Below the pieces are notes generated by a model. That model ran no database searches and had not been told where the DNA came from. It worked only from the letters and a program-made list of their open reading frames with translations. From Lentisphaeria bacterium (GTDB taxonomy: Bacteria > Verrucomicrobiota > Lentisphaeria > Oligosphaerales > Oligosphaeraceae), in assembly GCA_024405215.1 (NCBI GenBank), contig JAKSPB010000017.1, forward strand, positions 15 through 64,014: a stretch of 64,000 nt of DNA, read 5' to 3'. Positions 29,476-37,045 of the stretch are shown here, piece by piece. The position numbers and the translations under genes were made by a program. Position 1 is the stretch's first letter. Each line of letters begins with the position of its first letter.

Positions 29476-29656
29476 GTTTTGTGGTAAAAGTAAAGGTTGT
29501 TGTGGAAACAACATAGGATGTTGTAATATTGGTAATATAATCGTTTTTTTGCTATGGCGTAATTATGGTAGAAATTACGTAACGATTCAGAAGGGATGTG
29601 TTTTGCTTAACCTTCCCTTCAGGGATGGGTCCCCCCCTAGTGGCGTGAAGGGAAGA

Positions 29657-29676
29657 CCGCCGCAAAGGTGCGGCGG
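29657..29676 (-). terminator. Stem-loop downstream of the DUF4091 gene
   Basis: ccgccgca (29657-29664) and tgcggcgg (29669-29676) with a 4-nt loop. The minus strand continues tcttcccttc. Confidence 0.45.
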
Positions 29677-29719
29677 CGCAGTCTCCGTAAGGTGCGGCGC
29701 GTGGGAAAACCGCGCAGGG

Positions 29720-32701
29720 CTAATGGTTTAGCCGTTCGATGGCCATGCCCAGTTTGATGCGATGGCGTTTCAGGGCGGCGGGATTGGCGGCGAAGAGCGT
29801 CATGTCGGAAGTGACCTCCGCCGGGACTTCCAGGAGCTTCTGATAGAGCGCCCTGGTGGAGGGGTCTAAAGTGCTGCCCTTTTCCTCCAGGAGTTTCTTC
29901 AGCATGACGAAGTATTCGTAGTCGTCGATGCCGTCGCGGAGCATTTCCAGGCGGAAGGAGGCGACGGGGGGATCCAGGACGGTCTGTGGCTGCGAGCCGT
30001 CCTGTGCGGCTTCGGGAGGATAGAGGAGCCGTCCGTCGCCATTTCCCCAGGGGATTTTGGCGCCGGCGGGTGTGTCGTATCCGGAGACCCAGCTCATGGG
30101 GTCGAGATAGGGATTCTGGAGGGAGTCCGGGTATGCGCACGGGCTGGTCCAGTAGTTTGAGGCCCAGATGAGGATTCCCTCGACCTGGCGCTGCCAGCTC
30201 TGCCAGAGCCAGACACGCATTTCAATGCCGGGGTGGTCGATGAAGAGGGTGGCGTAGGGGGCTTTGGGACCAGTGCAGACATACCACCAGTTATGTTCGC
30301 CGGCTGCGCGGCGTGCCGCGGCGTCTTCCGCATTCAAGGCGCTGGAATGCGGGCACCAGAGATTGGGGCCGCCTTCCAGGGCCGGATCAAAGGGTTCGGT
30401 GAGCATCCGGCGGACGCCAGGGGCGAAGTCCTTCAGCTTCTTGAAGCCGTTCATGACAAATGCGTAGTCCTTGGCATCCGGTTCGTCGAACCAGTAGACG
30501 TATGCTTTGTCCAGCCAGCCTTTTTCCAGCAGATGCTCCTGGAGCTTCCGGAGGTAGCTGCTATGGAGCTGCTGATATTGGGGGGTGTTTTCCGCATAGC
30601 CATAGAAGGTGGGTTCCTGGCGGGAGTGGAATGTCCCGGACCCCAGTCCTTCGACGGGAAGCTGGAAGGTGTTGAAGTGGTAGGTTTCCATGGCCTCGGA
30701 CATCTCCTGGTCCCAGGCATTCCAGTCGAATTCCACCGACTGGCCTTCCGCCGTCTCCACAAGATGGTGGCTGGGGGCGTAGGTTTGCGTGGGGTTGTAG
30801 GGGCTGATGTGATGGCGGGAAAGCAGTTCCAGGTAGCTTCGCCAGACGGTGCGCTTGTCCTCGGCGGATTCCACCTTCTGGTAGCGGAAGCAGTTCCACA
30901 AATCAAAGCCGAAGGCGCTTTCGCAGGTCATCTCCTCGGGAAGAGTGAAGCCGAAGACGCGGACTTCCACCGGGACGACGGCTTTCCAGCCTGCATCGTC
31001 CGTGACGGCGACACTGCCGCGGTAGGTTCCTTCCCTGGTGTCGGCGGGGACGTTCACCCGGAGCCAGAAGGGTTGGTGGACGTTGGCGGCGAGAGCCAGA
31101 TTGGCTTTTACGGGAGGAAGCGGATCCGGCCAGTAGCCCAGAATGCTCGTGGGATCGGTCTTCATCTCCACCTTGAGATAATGGACACGCAGGATGTCCA
31201 GGCAGGAAGAGGGAAGGATGGCGCCATCGGGGCCCTGCAGATCGGAAACGGCGAGGTTCACGCCAGTCAGGTCATGGTTTGGTGTGACGACGAGCTGGAC
31301 GGCCTCCGATTCGTTGCGGGCGGCGAAGAGGGAGAGCTTCTGGCCTTTTGCGGTGGGAAGCGGGCGGTGCAGGGGGATCTTCCATTCCGATTCGGCCGAC
31401 CAGAGTGCCGCGGTGCCATCGGCGGAGAGGAGTGCGCCGTAGGTGTAGTCGAAGAAGTCGGAGACCCGGAATTCCAGCATGAGGCGGTATGGCGATTCCG
31501 GACCAAGATTCGCCAGGAGAATCCAGTCCCCGGAAGAGGAGAGCTCGTAGGGGATGGCGATTTCGCTTGCGGCATTGGGTTGCAGGAGCTCTTTTGCGCC
31601 ATAAGTGGGAGGCTGGGAGACGCCACGTTGGGAGAGGATGGCTTCGGGGGCCAGGGCAATGGCCTGGGAAGTGAGATTCTTCACCTGGAGGCGGATGGCG
31701 TTGGCGCCGCCGGGCAGGAGATCGCCCAGGGACAGGATGGATGCCTCCAGGCGGGGATCCTGCTGCAGGAGTTCCACATATTGCGTGCTGCCTTGCATTT
31801 CCACGGGGGTGCCGTCGATGGTTGCCTCGAACTTGTAGAGATTGACTTGGAAGGAGCCGGGATCGGCGTTCATGACATCATACGGATGGTCGCTGACAGA
31901 GGAAAGGCGGACGAAGATTTCCTTCGCAGGGAAGAGCTCCGCCGGCAGAACGAATTCGCGGCTGTCGACTGCATTCAGACTGCCCAGTTCTGTCCAATGC
32001 TGGTCGTCCGTACTTGCGCTGACGAAGAGCGTCCCTTGTACGTGATAATGAAGATTGACTGTGACTTTCGCCGTCAGGAGATTCCTGCCGGAAATGTCAT
32101 GGCGATAGACGATCTCCTGGCCGGGGGCGAATACCAGACGATTGGTGTTGAAGTGGCAGCTGTGGCGAAGAAGTGGGCGGGATTCCGTGTGCCCTTTGCC
32201 GGTGTAGGTGGTCAGGAAAGTGTAGTTGTTGGTTTCCAGACGTTCGTCTTCCCCCAGCTGGATGCCGTTGCTCTGACTATGGATGGGGAAAAGTTCGGAG
32301 AGACGGATGTCCTTGAAATACAGCTCGCCGGGAAAATGCCATTGGCCGAGGCGAATACGCTTGTCCTGTGTTCCTTGGGGAAAGGCGAAGACGCGCTTGA
32401 AGGTCGTCCAGTCGTTCTGGAGGTCGCTTTCATCAATGTTGCAGCTGACGGGGCCGGAAACCAGGCAGCCGCCGCTACCGGAGTTGCTTCGGGCGTCGAA
32501 GGTCAGTTGATAGACGTGGCCGCCCTGGAAGTCGCAGGGATCCGATAGAAAATAGGTGCAGGTGTTGTCCTCTCCTGCAAGATGGAGAATCCCTTCCGGG
32601 GAAAGGGAACCGCCTTCGGTGGAAAATTTCCAGCCGGAAGGCACGGCGGCGGAGAGCAGGGCGGAGAGGCTGAGCAGAAAAAGAAGAAGTTTGGAGGACA
32701 T
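29720..32701 (-). CDS. Exported DUF4091-type (GH123-like) putative glycoside hydrolase
   Basis: Preferred start at 32701 gives MSSKLLLFLLSLSALLSAAVPSG (signal peptide). The C-terminal block WWYVCTGPKAPYATLFIDHPGIEMRVWLWQSWQRQVEGILIWASNYW is characteristic of DUF4091. The ORF track extends to 32965 across a non-coding tandem repeat. Confidence 0.6.
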   Translation of the reverse strand: MSSKLLLFLLSLSALLSAAVPSGWKFSTEGGSLSPEGILHLAGEDNTCTYFLSDPCDFQGGHVYQLTFDARSNSGSGGCLVSGPVSCNIDESDLQNDWTTFKRVFAFPQGTQDKRIRLGQWHFPGELYFKDIRLSELFPIHSQSNGIQLGEDERLETNNYTFLTTYTGKGHTESRPLLRHSCHFNTNRLVFAPGQEIVYRHDISGRNLLTAKVTVNLHYHVQGTLFVSASTDDQHWTELGSLNAVDSREFVLPAELFPAKEIFVRLSSVSDHPYDVMNADPGSFQVNLYKFEATIDGTPVEMQGSTQYVELLQQDPRLEASILSLGDLLPGGANAIRLQVKNLTSQAIALAPEAILSQRGVSQPPTYGAKELLQPNAASEIAIPYELSSSGDWILLANLGPESPYRLMLEFRVSDFFDYTYGALLSADGTAALWSAESEWKIPLHRPLPTAKGQKLSLFAARNESEAVQLVVTPNHDLTGVNLAVSDLQGPDGAILPSSCLDILRVHYLKVEMKTDPTSILGYWPDPLPPVKANLALAANVHQPFWLRVNVPADTREGTYRGSVAVTDDAGWKAVVPVEVRVFGFTLPEEMTCESAFGFDLWNCFRYQKVESAEDKRTVWRSYLELLSRHHISPYNPTQTYAPSHHLVETAEGQSVEFDWNAWDQEMSEAMETYHFNTFQLPVEGLGSGTFHSRQEPTFYGYAENTPQYQQLHSSYLRKLQEHLLEKGWLDKAYVYWFDEPDAKDYAFVMNGFKKLKDFAPGVRRMLTEPFDPALEGGPNLWCPHSSALNAEDAAARRAAGEHNWWYVCTGPKAPYATLFIDHPGIEMRVWLWQSWQRQVEGILIWASNYWTSPCAYPDSLQNPYLDPMSWVSGYDTPAGAKIPWGNGDGRLLYPPEAAQDGSQPQTVLDPPVASFRLEMLRDGIDDYEYFVMLKKLLEEKGSTLDPSTRALYQKLLEVPAEVTSDMTLFAANPAALKRHRIKLGMAIERLNH

Positions 32702-32776
32702 GGCGCAGGAGGAAGAACGACTTGCCGATATGACGAAAGATTTTGAGGACATATACTCTCGTTTTGGGGTATTTCC

Positions 32777-32821
32777 CGGCGTGTCCGGCGTGCCCGGCGT
32801 GTCCGGCGTGTCCGGCGTGCC
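32777..32821. repeat. Five tandem 9-bp units (cggcgtgtc / cggcgtgcc) in a divergent promoter region
   Basis: cggcgtgtc cggcgtgcc cggcgtgtc cggcgtgtc cggcgtgcc, read directly. It translates as PDTPG or ACP repeats in spurious ORF extensions. Confidence 0.9.
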
Positions 32822-32895
32822 CGATTTTTCTTGAAAAAATGCGTGTCCATTCTCGCAAAATACGCGCGTGCCGCTATATTTATGCGCGTTTGTTT

Positions 32896-32944
32896 TGCGC
32901 ATTTGCGCAAGCGAAGCCCTGTTATTTGCGCATAAAATTGCGCA
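32896..32944 (+). promoter_or_regulatory. Array of four TTGCGCA boxes upstream of the DeoR-family gene (candidate operator sites)
   Basis: The TGCGCA palindrome occurs at 32896-32901, 32904-32909, 32927-32932 and 32939-32944, each preceded by T-rich sequence. The array ends 24 nt before the ATG at 32968. Confidence 0.4.
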
Positions 32945-32967
32945 TTTTTGTAAAAATCCCGTCAAAA

Positions 32968-33744
32968 ATGGTCAGCCGTCATCGTTCAACTCCGACAACC
33001 GATCGCGAACAGCAGATTCTGGATTTGCTGAAAAGCGCGGAATCTCTGTCGGTTGGCGAGTTGGCTCGTGCCCTTGGGGTAAGTGACGCGACCATGCGCC
33101 GGGATCTTTCCTCCATGTCCAGCCGCGGGTTGCTCTTCCGTTTCCATGGCGGTGCCACGTTGAGTTCGACGACAGTGAACGAGCAGGTCTTCAGCGACAA
33201 GGAGAACCAGCTGAGCGAGGAGAAGCGCCGCATTGCCCAGGCCGCTCTGGCCTTGATTGACGACCGGGACAAGATTTACCTGGATGGCGGCAGCACCACG
33301 CTTTATCTTGCCAAGTTATTGGAGCGCAAACGTGATTTGACCATCGTGACAAATTCCCTGATGGCGGCTGCGCTGTTGATGGAGTCTGGACATCGAATGG
33401 TCCTGGTGGGCGGCGAGTTCCGTGCCATCTCCCGGACCCTGGTCGGTCCGCTGACTGCCTCGATTCTGGAGAGTATCTCCGTGGACAAGGCGTTCATGGG
33501 GACCATGGGGCTGACTTTGACCGAAGGGCTGTCCACCAGCGACGCCGGCGAGGCCTTTACCAAGCGTCTGGTGATGAAGCGGGCCGGACAGGTCATCCTG
33601 CTGGTTGACCACTCCAAGCTGGGCACGAATTCTTTCATCAACACTGGCGACGTCGGGGATGTTGATACCCTGGTCACTGACGCCATCAGTGAAAATTTCC
33701 GCAATCGTTTAGAAGAACTGGGTACCAAAGTAATCATTGCCTGA
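32968..33744 (+). CDS. DeoR/GlpR family transcriptional regulator
   Basis: MVSRHRSTPTTDREQQILDLLKSAESLSVGELARALGVSDATMRRDLSSM (HTH_DeoR). The sugar-binding C-domain has KIYLDGGSTTLYLA and DLTIVTNS. Confidence 0.88.
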   Translation: MVSRHRSTPTTDREQQILDLLKSAESLSVGELARALGVSDATMRRDLSSMSSRGLLFRFHGGATLSSTTVNEQVFSDKENQLSEEKRRIAQAALALIDDRDKIYLDGGSTTLYLAKLLERKRDLTIVTNSLMAAALLMESGHRMVLVGGEFRAISRTLVGPLTASILESISVDKAFMGTMGLTLTEGLSTSDAGEAFTKRLVMKRAGQVILLVDHSKLGTNSFINTGDVGDVDTLVTDAISENFRNRLEELGTKVIIA

Positions 33745-33759
33745 ATAAGGAGAATCCAA

Positions 33760-35511
33760 ATGGCAACTGCAATCGTCATGCCGAAAGCCGGCAATTCCGT
33801 TGAAGAGTGCATCCTTGGCGAGTGGAAAGTCAAGGTCGGTGACACCATCAAGAAGGGGGATATCATCGCTTCCGCCGAGACTGACAAGACCTCCATCGAT
33901 GTGGAGGCCACTGCTGACGGTACCATTTTGGCGCTGTTTGCCGAACCCGGCCAGCTGGTTCCCGTCCTGACCAACATCTGCGCCGTCGGCGCAGCCGGCG
34001 AGGACGCTTCCGCCCTGGCTCCCAATGGCGCTCCCGCCGCCGCAGCCCCCGCCGCCGCAGCAGCCCCTGCCGCCGCAGCCCCCGCCGCCGCAGCAGCTTC
34101 TGCCGAACTGCCCGCCGGCGTGTCCGCCATCGTGATGCCCAAGGCCGGCAACTCCGTGGAGGAGTGCATCCTCGGCGAGTGGAAGATCAAGGTCGGCGAC
34201 ACCATCAAGAAGGGCGATATCATCGCTTCCGCCGAGACCGACAAGACCTCCATTGACGTGGAAGCCACGGCCGACGGGACCGTCCTGGCTCTCATCGGCA
34301 ATGCGGGCGACCTGATTCCCGTCCTGAAGAACATCTGCCTGGTCGGTCCTGCCGGCACGGATGTCTCCGCCTGCCTGAATGCCGGTGCTGCCGCTCCTGC
34401 CGCAGCACCTGCTGCTGCCCCCGTGGCCGCCGCCGCTCCCGTCGCACAGGCTCCCGCCGCTGTTCCTGCCGTGGCCGGCGCTCCTCTCTCCCCCCGCGCC
34501 AAGAAGTTCGTCGCCGAGCATCCTTTCGTGATGGGTGCCGTAGCCGGCAGCGGCGCCCAGGGCCGCATCATGGAGGCCGACGTGATGGCCGCCTACCAGA
34601 CCAGCCCGCACTTGACTCCCGCCGCCGCCGCCATGGTCGCCGCCGGCGCCAAGGCTCCTGCCACCGGCACGGGCTGCAATGGTGAAATCACCGCCGAGGA
34701 CATCGAGAACTTCGCCAAGGGCGTTGCCCCCGCCGCCGCCGCTGCTCCCGCCCCCGCCGCTGCCGCAGCCGCGGCCCCCGTGGCCGCCGCCGCTCCCGCC
34801 GCAGGCGAGGACATCATCACCGAGAAGCCCTTCAGCCGCATCCGTGGCGTCATCGCCAAGCGTCTGCAGGAGTCCCTCACCTCCATGGCCCAGTATACTC
34901 TTAACTGCGAGGCGGATGTCACTGGCCTGCTGAACCTGCGCAAGAAGATCAAGGCAGCCGGCGAGAAGCTTGGCCTGGCCAACATCAACATCGGCGACAT
35001 GGTGATGTATGCTGTCATCAAGACCCTGCAGCAGGTTCCCGAGATGAACGGCGAGTTCGCCAACAACGTGGTCAAGCTTCACAGCGCGGTCCACATGGGC
35101 TTCGCCTGCGACACTCCCAAGGGCCTGCTGGTGCCCGTCCTGCATCATTCCGACAAGATGAGCCTTGCCGAGATGTGCAAGGAAGTCAAGGCCTTGGCCA
35201 AGGCAGCCAACGCCGGCAACCTGGCTCCCGACCTGATGCAAGGCGCCACCTTCACCGTTTCCAACCTGGGGTCCTTCGGCATCATCAACTTCACGCCCGT
35301 GATCTCCGCTCCCCAGATCGCCATGCTGGGCGTCGGCAAGACCCTGCTGCGTCCCGTCCGTCAGGCCGACGGCACCATTGCCTATCGCGACTACATGCAG
35401 TTCTCCCTGACCATGAACCACATGGTCATCGATGGCGCTCCCGGCGCGCGTTTCCTGCAGACCCTGTGCGCCAACATCGAGAACTTCGAGCTCATCTGCA
35501 TCGCAAAATAG
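33760..35511 (+). CDS. 2-oxoacid dehydrogenase E2 (dihydrolipoamide acyltransferase) with two lipoyl domains
   Basis: Two near-identical lipoyl domains (AIVMPKAGNSVEECILGEWK[VI]KVGDTIKKGDIIASAETDKTSIDVEATADGT). Ala/Pro linkers and a subunit-binding domain (LSPRAKKFVAEH). The catalytic motif is MNHMVIDGAPGARFL. Confidence 0.92.
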   Translation: MATAIVMPKAGNSVEECILGEWKVKVGDTIKKGDIIASAETDKTSIDVEATADGTILALFAEPGQLVPVLTNICAVGAAGEDASALAPNGAPAAAAPAAAAAPAAAAPAAAAASAELPAGVSAIVMPKAGNSVEECILGEWKIKVGDTIKKGDIIASAETDKTSIDVEATADGTVLALIGNAGDLIPVLKNICLVGPAGTDVSACLNAGAAAPAAAPAAAPVAAAAPVAQAPAAVPAVAGAPLSPRAKKFVAEHPFVMGAVAGSGAQGRIMEADVMAAYQTSPHLTPAAAAMVAAGAKAPATGTGCNGEITAEDIENFAKGVAPAAAAAPAPAAAAAAAPVAAAAPAAGEDIITEKPFSRIRGVIAKRLQESLTSMAQYTLNCEADVTGLLNLRKKIKAAGEKLGLANINIGDMVMYAVIKTLQQVPEMNGEFANNVVKLHSAVHMGFACDTPKGLLVPVLHHSDKMSLAEMCKEVKALAKAANAGNLAPDLMQGATFTVSNLGSFGIINFTPVISAPQIAMLGVGKTLLRPVRQADGTIAYRDYMQFSLTMNHMVIDGAPGARFLQTLCANIENFELICIAK

Positions 35512-35592
35512 TTCTTTCCCATCGGACGGGAAGGATGACTTCCTGTCCGGCTTGAAATTTCCCCTATCTACAAACAACTGTAAGGTAAGACA

Positions 35593-36939
35593 ATGTACGA
35601 TTTGATGGTCATCGGCGCCGGCCCCGGCGGATACGAGGCGGCTGCATACGCTGCAAAGCATTTTGGAAAAAAGGTCGTCCTCTTCGAGAAGCAGGAATTG
35701 GGCGGCACCTGCCTGAACGTGGGTTGCATCCCCACCAAGACCTTCATGCGCTCCATCAAGACTCTGGAGGAGTGCGAAGACGCCAAGACCTACGGCATCG
35801 CGGTAGAAGGCGCCGCCAAGCTTGACATGGCCGCCGTCCAGGCCCGCAAGCAGAAGGTGGTCGGCCAGCTGGTGAAGGGTGTCACCGCCATGGAGAAGGG
35901 CGCCGGCGTCGAGGTGGTCAAGGCCGAGGCCAAGATCGTCGGCATCGGCAAGGTGGAGGCTGACGGCAAGCTCTACGAGGGCGCCAACATCCTCATCGCC
36001 ACCGGCTCCGTTCCCGCCTGCCCCCCGATCCCCGGCCTGCGCGACAATCCCCTCGTGCTGGATTCCACCGGCATCCTGGCCCTGGACAAGCTTCCCAAGG
36101 CCCTCGTGGTCATCGGCGGCGGCGTCATCGGCCTGGAGTTCGCCAACTTCTTCCATTCCGCAGGCACGGAAGTCACCATCGTCGAGATGATGCCCAAGAT
36201 CGCCCCTGTGGTGGATGACGAGATCGGCCAGCAACTCCACAAGGAGCTGGTGCGTTCCGGCATCAAGATCAACCTGAACTGCAAGGTGGTCAAGATCGAA
36301 GGCTCCACGCTTTTCTATCTGGATCCCGATGGCAAGGAACAGCAGGTCACTGGCGACTATGTCCTGAATTCCACCGGCCGTCGCGCGGTTCTGCCCGCCG
36401 GCATCGAGGCCCTGAAGATGGATACCACCCGCAAGGGCATCGTCACCGACGATTTCGGCAAGACCAGCGTCTCCGGCATCTGGGCCTGCGGCGACGTCAC
36501 CGGTCGCTGCCTGCTGGCTCACGCCGCCACTCGCGAGGGCATCGTGGCCGTCAACAACATGTTCGGCGTCGCGGATCGCATGAGCTACAAGGCCATCCCC
36601 TCCGTCATCTTCACCCATCCCGAGGTTGCCCAGGTGGGCGCCACGGAGCAGGAGCTGAAGGCCAAGGGCATCGCCTACCGCAAGGTCGTCCAGCCCATGG
36701 CCATGGCCGGTCGTTTCATTGTTGACTATGCCGGCAAGAACGGCACCGTGAAGGTCCTGGTCAGCGAGAAGTACGGCCAGATCCTGGGCGTCCACGCCAT
36801 CGGCGGCTGCGCCGGCGAGTTCATCTGCGCCGCCAGCACCTGGGTCGCCAACGAGATGACCGTGGACACCGTCCTGCGGACCATCTTCCCGCACCCGACC
36901 GTTTCCGAGTCCATCCGCGAGGCCGCCATCCACGCATAA
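35593..36939 (+). CDS. lpdA: Dihydrolipoyl dehydrogenase (E3)
   Basis: GAGPGGYEAAAYAA, the redox-active GGTCLNVGCIPTK, the NAD site VVIGGGVIGLEFA, and the C-terminal dimerization motif FPHPTVSE. Confidence 0.92.
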   Translation: MYDLMVIGAGPGGYEAAAYAAKHFGKKVVLFEKQELGGTCLNVGCIPTKTFMRSIKTLEECEDAKTYGIAVEGAAKLDMAAVQARKQKVVGQLVKGVTAMEKGAGVEVVKAEAKIVGIGKVEADGKLYEGANILIATGSVPACPPIPGLRDNPLVLDSTGILALDKLPKALVVIGGGVIGLEFANFFHSAGTEVTIVEMMPKIAPVVDDEIGQQLHKELVRSGIKINLNCKVVKIEGSTLFYLDPDGKEQQVTGDYVLNSTGRRAVLPAGIEALKMDTTRKGIVTDDFGKTSVSGIWACGDVTGRCLLAHAATREGIVAVNNMFGVADRMSYKAIPSVIFTHPEVAQVGATEQELKAKGIAYRKVVQPMAMAGRFIVDYAGKNGTVKVLVSEKYGQILGVHAIGGCAGEFICAASTWVANEMTVDTVLRTIFPHPTVSESIREAAIHA

Positions 36940-37045
36940 GGACAAGTTTCGGTTCTCCCTGTCCGGTCGCCTTTGATTCCGGCCATGGAGAATGGATGAG
37001 ATTTTTTCCCTGTTTTGAACCAAAAGAATTAGGAGATTCACAAAA

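Noticed and set aside
32702-32965. N-terminal extension of the DUF4091 ORF (…GTPDTPDTPGTPDTPG…) and the opposite-strand extension of the DeoR ORF from 32743 (…ACPACPACPACPACP…).
   Set aside because: Both periodic peptides are just translations of the 9-bp tandem repeat. The hydrolase has a classical signal peptide starting at the Met at 32701. The DeoR HTH begins right after the Met at 32968. An export signal cannot function behind an 88-aa extension.
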